Below, in pieces: positions 23,144 to 31,775 of a stretch of 64,000 nt of DNA. The stretch covers positions 124,001 through 188,000 of the IMG/VR virus record IMGVR_UViG_3300030616_000016. The stretch is one strand, 5' to 3'. Each line of letters opens with the position of its first letter. Position 1 is the stretch's first letter. Below the pieces are notes generated by a model. That model saw nothing but the letters and a program-made list of their open reading frames with translations. It did not search any database and was not told the DNA's origin. The position numbers and the translations under genes were made by a program.

Positions 23144-23341
23144 TTAGATAAATGTTCCTGCTGTGTTGCACACCCACTGCAGGGCAACAATTGCCCCAAA
23201 CAGCATAGCACCAACCCATGCTATCCTTTCTACGTATGCATGAATATCATCTATCACACTGCTGCCCCACTCACAATTCATTACGAACGTGCACAATACA
23301 CCTATGCACAGACACACCACAAACGCTATTATATACTCCAT
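23144..23341 (-). CDS. Two-TM membrane protein (start MEYIIAF)
   Basis: GGAGGTG SD; two hydrophobic segments. Confidence 0.6.
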   Translation of the reverse strand: MEYIIAFVVCLCIGVLCTFVMNCEWGSSVIDDIHAYVERIAWVGAMLFGAIVALQWVCNTAGTFI

Positions 23342-23516
23342 ATCACACCTCCATATAAGCACTATTAATATATACTAATGAGCAACACACCCATTAGTAC
23401 TGATGATACAGTGCTATATATCACCATTCACTATATAGACCGCCTTATATAAGGAAGCCTATATAGTAAAGGTATACTATTTATATATGCGCCATATACC
23501 AGGGCGCTCATACATA

Positions 23517-23846
23517 TCACATATACACTGTTGTTTCTGGTTTATTGTGCTTGGTAAATTCATTCATCCCACCAAGCACCCTCCTTATCTGTCTGTTTGT
23601 ACCATTGCTAATCACCAGGTATACATATGACTCATGGTAGAAATCACCGTCGTAATCGTCAATAATTCTTACCTTGTACTCAACTACACGCCCGTTGCAC
23701 CATATACATCTCTGATACACATGTTCCAAGGAAGGTATATCTCTTACTACATCACCAACCACCAACCCCGTGGAGCTGTCAAAAAACTTACCTTCTACTG
23801 CTACATTGTTGCTATCTTTCACTGCATTAAGATTTGTGATCAACAT
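23517..23846 (-). CDS. Hypothetical protein, first gene of the leftward unit
   Basis: AGGAG SD. Confidence 0.6.
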   Translation of the reverse strand: MLITNLNAVKDSNNVAVEGKFFDSSTGLVVGDVVRDIPSLEHVYQRCIWCNGRVVEYKVRIIDDYDGDFYHESYVYLVISNGTNRQIRRVLGGMNEFTKHNKPETTVYM

Positions 23847-23956
23847 AATGATCTCCTTTGCCCATCGGGCTAAAAGTTTTTATTTTCTTTCTCTATAAGC
23901 ACCCCGGTACCGTGCATCGACCAATGCACATCATAAGTACCGAGAAATATCAACCA

Positions 23957-24062
23957 TCATCCACCCTTGTGTCTTACAAATCTTCCACCCTTAAGACCTT
24001 ATATTTTCTTCCACTCTTGTGTTTCATGAATTATCCACCCTTGAAAATTATATATATAATAT
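23957..24062. repeat. Four 12-bp direct repeats resembling DnaA boxes/iterons, followed by an AT tract
   Basis: TCATCCACCCTT 23957, TCTTCCACCCTT 23981, TCTTCCACTCTT 24007, TTATCCACCCTT 24031, then AAAATTATATATATAATAT. Confidence 0.8.
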
Positions 24063-24329
24063 GCACATAGTGCTGCTGCAGCGTGTCAACAAGAGCTTGA
24101 CGGCAAGCCCGCCCCTCTTAAAAATAACACTCCAAGACGCCGCCGCCCCATTACATAAAAATGCAACCTAGTAGCTGAGCTACTGTTCATCATAGATAAA
24201 CTTCAAGAAAGACCCCCCGGTACCGCATATATACACTCCCGCATAACAACCTATTCATGCCCCCAAAAATATATATAATATACACTTCACACTCCCTGAG
24301 TGTTATTCTTGAATATTTTATTATTACAA

Positions 24330-24357
24330 TTGAATTCATAACCAATTATGCTATAAT
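24330..24357 (+). promoter_or_regulatory. Sigma70/sigmaA-type promoter with extended -10
   Basis: TTGAAT-N16-TATAAT with TG at -15/-14 (TGCTATAAT). Confidence 0.7.
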
Positions 24358-24391
24358 TACTACTGATTGATTTAACAGGAGGAATACAATA

Positions 24392-24949
24392 TTGGCTTGT
24401 TTATATATAGAAGCAGGAGCAAACAGAGGTAGGTCAGCAAAGCGGTTTTATAAGCAACACAAAGACATTAACTTCGAGTATCACCTTTTTGAGGCTAATC
24501 CTAATATCATTGCAGACCTTAACAGTTCAGTGGTATGTATTCAAGGCGAGCGCACTATTTATAACAAAGCCGTATGGACTGAAAATGATATTGAAATGGA
24601 AATCAAGATAGATAAGACGACCAAGGGGTCAACTATCTGTGAGAAGAGTGTTAGAGTGAATGAGACGGCGGTTACGTCCACAATAGACTTTGATGAATGG
24701 TTCAGGGCCTGTTGTAAAGAAGATGATTATATTGTCCTTGTTATTGATATAGAAGGCGCGGAATATGAAGTTCTTCCAAAGATGATTGATAACGGGTGCT
24801 TTGACATGGTAGACGAGCTTACAATCGAATTTCATGGTCATAAAATGAAGAATAAAAAATTCACATCCGATATGAATAAATTGTTTAGGGATTATTTTAA
24901 TACAATGAAGTTCAATAAGTGCGAATTGTATTTTATAGACAAAATTTGA
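24392..24949 (+). CDS. FkbM-family SAM-dependent methyltransferase
   Basis: YIEAGANRG, LFEANP, KAVW, LVIDIEGAEYEVL, ELTIEFH; AGGAGG SD, TTG start. Confidence 0.8.
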   Translation: MACLYIEAGANRGRSAKRFYKQHKDINFEYHLFEANPNIIADLNSSVVCIQGERTIYNKAVWTENDIEMEIKIDKTTKGSTICEKSVRVNETAVTSTIDFDEWFRACCKEDDYIVLVIDIEGAEYEVLPKMIDNGCFDMVDELTIEFHGHKMKNKKFTSDMNKLFRDYFNTMKFNKCELYFIDKI

Positions 24950-24961
24950 AGGAGCCTTACC

Positions 24962-25324
24962 ATGACCCGCCCTACTAATGATGATAAGTTTGTTACCCAA
25001 AAAGAATGCGGCTCGTATAATCGGGCCATTAACAGAAATCTTGTTGTTATTATTCTTTTTGTTGTTGGCGCGATAATTACTTTGTACAAGGCCAATGCCA
25101 GTACAAATGCCATTCTTAAAGATGGCTTTAATGAGAAGATGTCCGCTATAACTGATCACATTAATGACACTGAATTAACAAATGTTACTGAGATAACCAC
25201 CCTAAAGGGTGAAATAAGCCGCCTTATTGTTGTCATTGATAACACCAACAGCAATCTTAAGAGATTGGAACAGGAAATTAAGAAGCTAAAAGAAGAATTA
25301 CAGAGGTCGAGATCAGGCAAATGA
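24962..25324 (+). CDS. Single-TM plus coiled-coil protein (possible lysis/membrane protein)
   Basis: NLVVIILFVVGAIITLY followed by a long heptad region. Confidence 0.55.
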   Translation: MTRPTNDDKFVTQKECGSYNRAINRNLVVIILFVVGAIITLYKANASTNAILKDGFNEKMSAITDHINDTELTNVTEITTLKGEISRLIVVIDNTNSNLKRLEQEIKKLKEELQRSRSGK

Positions 25325-25518
25325 AAGATAAAACAGCAGACATATTCAGGCTTTTATGGTCAAACAACGATGATATAGCCAGGCTTCTTAGAGCCCACCG
25401 CCCCGATCTTCTTAACAGAGCACGTAAGAAGCCCACAAGCAGAGACTGTGAAGACTACATCACTTTATGCAAGGAAATAGCAGAGGCTGATATTCCTGGA
25501 TTGGATGAAATATTATGA
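25321..25518 (+). CDS. Hypothetical protein
   Basis: ATGA-coupled at both ends. Confidence 0.55.
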   Translation: MKDKTADIFRLLWSNNDDIARLLRAHRPDLLNRARKKPTSRDCEDYITLCKEIAEADIPGLDEIL

Positions 25519-26354
25519 AGAAATTTAATATGCAGGGCGCGCTTTATAAATCAGACAAAAATCCTGAAGAGATTAAAAAGGAGATATGTAAGAACAAACC
25601 GGCAGAAGAAGAATCCAAGCCTATAGAAATGATCGAAGTAGACAACAGCAGCGAGCTTCCCAAGGAACTCGCGCCGCTTCAATCACTCGTAGATAAAATA
25701 AGCCCTGATCGAACAGTAACTTTACCAGCTGAAACCTGGAAAACACTTGCTAAGTGGGCTGTGAAAGCACGGAAAGGAGCCTCCAGAGAAGCGCCCATGC
25801 TTTGCACAAGCGAGCAATGCCCATACGCTAAACAATGCCCTCTCATTAAATCCGGCGTTAATATTGAACCATTTACAGAATGTCCTCTTGAAAGCTACCT
25901 CATGGAAGAATGGGATGAGGATATGGCCGCCAGTATTGCAGATAAACCTGGCGATAAACTTTACGCTCCAGATCTGCGCACTATTTCTCATTCAACACTT
26001 CTTGAAATCCTTATGAGAAGAACAACCATGGAACTAGCTAATGATCCAGAGGTTGTAAAAGAAGTGGTTATTGGTATAGACGAAGAAGGTAAGCCAGTCA
26101 AAGCAGAGAAGCTTAATGATAAAATAACCGCCGTCCAAAATATGATCAAAACAGAAGAGAAACTTCACGACTCTCTTCTCGCCACAAGAAAAGCAAGAGC
26201 TGCTGCAGGTGATAAACTTTCAGGCGATTCTGAAGATTATATAGAGGGCGCCGCTTCTTTTGCTGAAACAGAGGTAGCTGATGAACAACCAGACAAGAAA
26301 CGTGATGAACATTCTGAAGCGGATGGGGATACTGAAGGATCCGCCGGGTCTTAA
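25515..26354 (+). CDS. Cys-cluster protein, candidate small terminase subunit
   Basis: CTSEQCPYAKQCP...CP cluster, helical C-terminus and acidic tail, upstream of TerL; function inferred from position. Confidence 0.45.
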   Translation: MKKFNMQGALYKSDKNPEEIKKEICKNKPAEEESKPIEMIEVDNSSELPKELAPLQSLVDKISPDRTVTLPAETWKTLAKWAVKARKGASREAPMLCTSEQCPYAKQCPLIKSGVNIEPFTECPLESYLMEEWDEDMAASIADKPGDKLYAPDLRTISHSTLLEILMRRTTMELANDPEVVKEVVIGIDEEGKPVKAEKLNDKITAVQNMIKTEEKLHDSLLATRKARAAAGDKLSGDSEDYIEGAASFAETEVADEQPDKKRDEHSEADGDTEGSAGS

Positions 26355-29300
26355 ACCAAGCAAGCTTGAGAATTACGGTATAGGCCTTGTTTCAGAGGGA
26401 ATTCACAGCACAATAAATCCGCACGATCTTAAAACCCCTTTCTCCACATTCCATGTTGGTTCAGGGTACAAAGGGATAGAGTTTGATAATGTTATCAAAG
26501 CTGTCCGTATGGGTACTTATCTTGACCTTGAAACCAGAGGCCTGGATCCAAGAAAGGATCCTCCTTGGCTGGGCGCCATAGTAAGCCCAGGCGTTTCAGA
26601 GCTCAGCGAAGAGGCATATCTTGAAACCATAGGTACTCCCCTATTCAGACAAAAGCTTGATGCCGAAGGGCGTGTAGATTATGATTATCTCTCTGAAAAG
26701 CTATTCAACATAAAACCATCCCGTCCAATATTACAACCAGGCTTATCTGAAGAGGATGCCATTAAGCAGGTTATAGACAGCATGGGTCAAAGAATCAAGC
26801 CCATGGTGTATGAAGGGCGTCCTGTAGACCTCCTGAAAAGTGAAACGTTGCGGCAATTTTTGAAAACTGCCCCTGAGGCAATTAGGAACGGGACGCCTGC
26901 GCAACAAATAGCCGCGTATTTTGATCCACAACTAAATCCTTCCAATAGAGCCCTAAATGAGTTTATGCATGGTGGGGAAGGTATTTTTACTCAGGCTTCA
27001 AAAGATGTGCTTGCTATGACTGGCCAGAAAATGAGCGCTGGTGACATTGACAGAATAAGAAAGAACCTTATGAATGAGCTTCACACCGGCAAGGGATTGA
27101 ATTGGGATGACTGGTTGAAGCAGTCTTTTGATGCAGCGGATCAATCAGGCAAGACAATAATCGTTCACAACCTTCAGTTTGAATCTAGAATGGCAGCCGG
27201 CCGAACCAGCCAAACTTTCTATAACGAACTGAAAGAACGATACTTGCATTCATACAGCCAGGCCAAATCAAAATCAGACGATATATTCACGCAAAGAATA
27301 TACACTACTTCCACCGCTCTTCACAATGCCAAGTTCGAAGCGATGAGAAATTGGTCTAATGATGCCTGGGGTAATGTTTTTGATGAGTGGGCAAGGCATG
27401 CTGATCTAAAGACAAATAAGGTGAAGGTTCTTGACAGTATGGATCTTGGTCGTTCCGTGTTTGGTATGGCGCAGGAACAGCTTGGAAGAAAAGGTTTATA
27501 TAAGTGGCGTAATACACAGAGCATGGCTGGTTTAAGCTTGTCTCACTATGCAGACGCTCTTACCAGATACCACGAATCAATAGGCGATCCTCTTCCTGAT
27601 TTCCTTCGGAAGGAGCTTCACAGATCACGCGCTGATGCTCTTCTTACAGAATCATATGTAGAAGACATGCTTCAGATAGGCAGGCTGCTTAGAGAAGGTA
27701 GAGGTGGCGAGCTTAATCTTGAAAGAAATAATAGATATAGAATGATATTGGAGAGATTGGGTGAGATTAATGCCGACCCTATGACTCGACTTAATGCTGC
27801 TAGAAAGCAAGCTCTCCAGGAATTTGGTACTATTATTGGTGGTGATGAGGTAGAGATTAGAGATTGGGATCCAGATAGACCTAGAGGTCCATATCATGAA
27901 GTTACTACCATGGAGTGGGTTCCTGACGACACCAGGGAAGGTGGCTCTTTCAAACGTATGAATAGGAAGGTAAGTGATTATAAGAGAAGAAAAACAAATA
28001 GGATGGAAGAGGTCGTAGATTACCACATCAAAGGTTTTAACAAGAATCTTCGTAAAGATCTTACAGATAAGCAGATACAAAGATTTAGAGAATCTCTACT
28101 TAGTGCCGGTAGGCAGATGAAGCAGGCTTACCACACTAGGAAGCCTGGAGCTGTACAGAAGGTAGCAGAACAGCTTGAGCAGGTAGATGCCTTTAATATG
28201 GATAAGGCATTCTCTCCGGATCAAGCGAAGAGGTTTATTGGAGATATAGAGCGCAAGACATTTGCTAAGGCTACATCTCATCAGTTGGGTATGACTGGTA
28301 AGATAGGGTGGCTTACTGCAGGTATGATGGGTGGCGCTGTGCTTATGAAGTCCATGATGGGCTCTGAGGCAGAGCACTATATGAACCAGATGTATTCGAA
28401 GTACACGAAGTATGAGCAAGATCAGGGTGTATTTGAACAGGTAGATGTTCTTGCTTCGATGGGCGCAGGAGCTTTTGGTGGAGCTGTATTAGCTTCTTCT
28501 TTTGGTCCAGGAATGGAAATGACCCTGTCCAAAAGTGCTCATGAGATGATGAAGCTTAAGAATGTTGGAAGGAATTTGCCTTATATGGCAGCTGCCGGCT
28601 TAGCCTTAACATCAACACTTTATTCTCTCAAGAGTAATGTTTCTGATGTAGTTGATGCCGAGCCTACAGAAGGACATCCCTTCCAGATGGGTAGTGCGTT
28701 TCTTGGGGCGGCTGCTATGACAGGAATGGCCTATGGTCAAAGATATGGCTTTGCTCAAGACGCATTTGCAAAAAGACTGGAAGGCGAACCAAGAGCGATA
28801 GACAAACTTGCTAATCTGACTGGCCTTAGACATGGATCCGATATGCTTAGCGGTGTATCTGATCTTGTACTTCACGGCGGACGCACAGCAAGCCCAAAGA
28901 TGGACTGGGCCAGGTCCAGTATTATAGACCCCGTCACAACCAAAATCAAATCCGTTACTTCCAGCAAAGGCTTCCAATCAGTAATGGATACAATGGGTAG
29001 ATATAAGATACCGGGAGTTATTGCAGCTGGTGTTGGTATGATGTTTGGAGCCGACTATCTTTTTGGTCAGGAAGACAACGTTATTCCAGCTCAGCATATT
29101 GACAATATGGAAATAGAGGGTATGGGCGAATATGGATATTCAGGTCCTATGCGCAAGGCCAATACTCCATTTGGATCCAGAAACAATCCAGCAAAAATTA
29201 TCAAAGATGCCTGGGGTCAATTCAATGTCAGCGCGGCCAGGGCCAAACCACAAAATTACTACGCTCCTCATATTATTGAAGAGCTATACAACGTAAGCAA

Positions 29301-29973
29301 GCATAAAGATCTTATTAAGATGGATATAGCTGCTCACATGAGCGTCAAACAAGCAGAGGTTGGTGCAGACTTTGTTGATGGTTCTTATAAGAAGTGGATG
29401 GATAATACCAGCAAGACAAATCCATTAGCTCTTGAAATGACATATTTACATGACGTCGGTCTTTCTGTTCCTCAGAAAAAGGTCGACTATGGTATTAATA
29501 GCTATATGCCTGTTGGAGATATGGGTCATAGATTTGGTCCTTTTACTGCAGAAGTACCTGAGTTCGAGATGCAACTTCCTCGCGGGAAGAAAATGATTGA
29601 CCCAGATCTTTTTGAAACAAAAGGGCCTAATGGTAATATCACAAGGGTTACTGAAGCGCATCTTGCCAATGCTTCGAATGCAAATAAAAATGCGCAAGTT
29701 ACTGCAAAATATAAAGATGCAGGCAGAAGAGCTGTCAATATGGAGAACGCAAGACCTGGAGATCATCTTGGCGCACAAAACATGATGCACACAGTTCCAA
29801 GAAGAAATCCGCCAATAAATTCTAAAAGAGGTCTTGAAAGACAAGTACTTAGCGTTATAATGGATAAGGACCATGCCATCAAATCCAATATACAGGGTTA
29901 TGGCGTAAGACACTCTCGCAGAAGACCCAGAATGAGAGCGAATAGGTCTAATGGACATTTGACTGGAGTATGA
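26281..29973 (+). CDS. 1230-aa protein: DEDDh (DnaQ-like) exonuclease domain fused to Gly/Ala/Met-rich membrane-like segments
   Basis: ExoI YLDLETRGL (26518), ExoII IIVHNLQFE (27166), VLDSMDL, ExoIII HRSRAD (27619); several hydrophobic segments after residue ~670. Confidence 0.7.
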   Translation: MNNQTRNVMNILKRMGILKDPPGLKPSKLENYGIGLVSEGIHSTINPHDLKTPFSTFHVGSGYKGIEFDNVIKAVRMGTYLDLETRGLDPRKDPPWLGAIVSPGVSELSEEAYLETIGTPLFRQKLDAEGRVDYDYLSEKLFNIKPSRPILQPGLSEEDAIKQVIDSMGQRIKPMVYEGRPVDLLKSETLRQFLKTAPEAIRNGTPAQQIAAYFDPQLNPSNRALNEFMHGGEGIFTQASKDVLAMTGQKMSAGDIDRIRKNLMNELHTGKGLNWDDWLKQSFDAADQSGKTIIVHNLQFESRMAAGRTSQTFYNELKERYLHSYSQAKSKSDDIFTQRIYTTSTALHNAKFEAMRNWSNDAWGNVFDEWARHADLKTNKVKVLDSMDLGRSVFGMAQEQLGRKGLYKWRNTQSMAGLSLSHYADALTRYHESIGDPLPDFLRKELHRSRADALLTESYVEDMLQIGRLLREGRGGELNLERNNRYRMILERLGEINADPMTRLNAARKQALQEFGTIIGGDEVEIRDWDPDRPRGPYHEVTTMEWVPDDTREGGSFKRMNRKVSDYKRRKTNRMEEVVDYHIKGFNKNLRKDLTDKQIQRFRESLLSAGRQMKQAYHTRKPGAVQKVAEQLEQVDAFNMDKAFSPDQAKRFIGDIERKTFAKATSHQLGMTGKIGWLTAGMMGGAVLMKSMMGSEAEHYMNQMYSKYTKYEQDQGVFEQVDVLASMGAGAFGGAVLASSFGPGMEMTLSKSAHEMMKLKNVGRNLPYMAAAGLALTSTLYSLKSNVSDVVDAEPTEGHPFQMGSAFLGAAAMTGMAYGQRYGFAQDAFAKRLEGEPRAIDKLANLTGLRHGSDMLSGVSDLVLHGGRTASPKMDWARSSIIDPVTTKIKSVTSSKGFQSVMDTMGRYKIPGVIAAGVGMMFGADYLFGQEDNVIPAQHIDNMEIEGMGEYGYSGPMRKANTPFGSRNNPAKIIKDAWGQFNVSAARAKPQNYYAPHIIEELYNVSKHKDLIKMDIAAHMSVKQAEVGADFVDGSYKKWMDNTSKTNPLALEMTYLHDVGLSVPQKKVDYGINSYMPVGDMGHRFGPFTAEVPEFEMQLPRGKKMIDPDLFETKGPNGNITRVTEAHLANASNANKNAQVTAKYKDAGRRAVNMENARPGDHLGAQNMMHTVPRRNPPINSKRGLERQVLSVIMDKDHAIKSNIQGYGVRHSRRRPRMRANRSNGHLTGV

Positions 29974-29974
29974 T

Positions 29975-30751
29975 ATGCCCGGTTTTGATTGGCAACAAGG
30001 CACATTTATGACTGAAGGTAGCAATCCTGTCACCGGGTTTATGCTCGATTATGTCACACAGGACGTTGTTAGAGACATCGGTGTAATTGGTGCAAGAGTT
30101 CCATTCGGCATAGGCTACAAAGGAGCTTATACTGGCCTAAGTGGGTTCTGGACAGGTAAGGGTGCTGAAGCAGCGGGCAGATTTCTTGGTCAAAACGTAG
30201 ACAGGTTTGGAGCTGAGTCTGCTGCTAGATATCTTGGACAACGTGGCGTTCTTGCTCAATTCTTCGAAAAGTCTATAGCAGGGATGGGTGGCGAAGCTTT
30301 CTGGGAGGTTGCTCCTAAGCTTGGCGAGAAAGGAGCTACGGGAGTTGCAGAATATGCGTCAGCCAGAGCAGCAGCCAAGATTGGTCGTGGTGTACTAAAT
30401 CCATGGAACCTTCTTACTGGTAGGACTCAAAAACTAGCCGCAGAGGTTGGATGGGGTAGAGTAGGTCTTCTAGCTGGTTCTACAGCTATGCGCGGACTCA
30501 TGCATATGACAATGAGTCGTGGCGCTGTTGGTTTCAATATAGGATTCAGTGCTCACCAAGGATTCATGAATTCCATGATAGAGAAGGGTCGTCAAGAAAT
30601 AACTAGTATGACAAGAGTAGACATGGCCCCGGCATTCTATGATACAAGTCAAGCAGCTACAATGAGACAAGCTGCTGTTCAGGAAATACAAAATACACAA
30701 TTAAACCTTAGAAGTGCATTTGGCCAAGAAGCCGCCGCATTTCATAGATAG
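29975..30751 (+). CDS. Gly/Ala-rich probable virion (ejection/internal) protein
   Basis: Composition and position in the late operon; ends TMRQAAVQEIQNTQLNLRSAFGQEAAAFHR. Confidence 0.55.
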   Translation: MPGFDWQQGTFMTEGSNPVTGFMLDYVTQDVVRDIGVIGARVPFGIGYKGAYTGLSGFWTGKGAEAAGRFLGQNVDRFGAESAARYLGQRGVLAQFFEKSIAGMGGEAFWEVAPKLGEKGATGVAEYASARAAAKIGRGVLNPWNLLTGRTQKLAAEVGWGRVGLLAGSTAMRGLMHMTMSRGAVGFNIGFSAHQGFMNSMIEKGRQEITSMTRVDMAPAFYDTSQAATMRQAAVQEIQNTQLNLRSAFGQEAAAFHR

Positions 30752-30763
30752 GAGGATTGTATC

Positions 30764-31333
30764 ATGCCAAGAGTTGGTAGTTTTATGAGCGGGTTAAGCG
30801 CCGCAACAGAAATGGGGCTTGGTAAAGCATTTAGCTCCAACTTGAGAACTGTTAGGAGTGGAATGCAGAGTGTTACCAATGGTGCTACGATGCGTGACTT
30901 AATGACATTTAGAAAAGGTATAGGCACTGCCGCGAAAGTTGGTGCTGGTTTCATGGGTGTTAGCGCTGCAGCTAATTTGTTTGACCAACAAAGCACTATG
31001 GTCAGTGGAGTTGCCTTACCTGCTGCAACTGCATATGCTTTATATAGAGGTAGTGGATTTAAATCACTCAGAGGAATTGGACCCAAAGGAGCTGGAAGAT
31101 TCAGTAGTGCTGGCGCTAGAGGCGGTATGGCTATGGGAGAAATGCTGGCAGAATTTGGCGCTAAGGGTGGTTCGTCTGGCTCTAGAGGCGGTATGGCTAT
31201 GGGAGAAATGCTGGCAGAAGCAGTTACACAGCTGCCGCCAGCAATCAAAAAACCACTCAGCACTGCAGCTACTAAGATTATGGAAGGTAATAGAATGAAA
31301 ATTATAAGAGCTAGAAGAAGATTTGGAGTTTGA
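30764..31333 (+). CDS. Gly/Ala-rich probable virion protein with internal 38-bp duplication
   Basis: RGGMAMGEMLAE twice (31116-31153, 31182-31219). Confidence 0.55.
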   Translation: MPRVGSFMSGLSAATEMGLGKAFSSNLRTVRSGMQSVTNGATMRDLMTFRKGIGTAAKVGAGFMGVSAAANLFDQQSTMVSGVALPAATAYALYRGSGFKSLRGIGPKGAGRFSSAGARGGMAMGEMLAEFGAKGGSSGSRGGMAMGEMLAEAVTQLPPAIKKPLSTAATKIMEGNRMKIIRARRRFGV

Positions 31334-31339
31334 TTTAAC

Positions 31340-31720
31340 ATGGCAAAATTAGCCAATGCTTTACATAACACAGTATATCCATTCGCCGTAGGCGCTGCTG
31401 GTCTTGCTGTCGGAGGCCTAGCCGGTGCTTATACTGGAATAACCACAGAAGATGCAGACATGCGCACTCGTGGCATGCTTGGAGCTGGTACAGCAGCTGC
31501 TATGGGCACTGGTGCTACTGGCGGCGCATTGATTGGCGCTGGTATAGGCTTGGCAAAGTATGGAGGGCGTGGAATAAAAGCCGGGTCTATTGCTGGTGGT
31601 CTCATTGGCGCGGCTCTTTCACATGGAATAACGAAGTCCGCCACTCAATATCATAGACCTCCCAAAAGACCAATTCCTTCCGACAATATGACTGGCCGTA
31701 TTAACGGACTTAACCGATGA
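31340..31720 (+). CDS. Gly-zipper hydrophobic protein
   Basis: GAAGLAVGGLAG and GGALIGAGIG segments. Confidence 0.55.
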   Translation: MAKLANALHNTVYPFAVGAAGLAVGGLAGAYTGITTEDADMRTRGMLGAGTAAAMGTGATGGALIGAGIGLAKYGGRGIKAGSIAGGLIGAALSHGITKSATQYHRPPKRPIPSDNMTGRINGLNR

Positions 31721-31775
31721 CAATTAAAATTAAAATAATAATACTAACATTAATACTCCTTGGAGCGTGATTTAA

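Noticed and set aside
31116-31219. 38-bp direct repeats with a 28-bp spacer, CRISPR-like in size
   Set aside because: Only two copies, period 66 nt in frame inside a gene, no palindrome or leader, no cas genes; this is an intragenic duplication.
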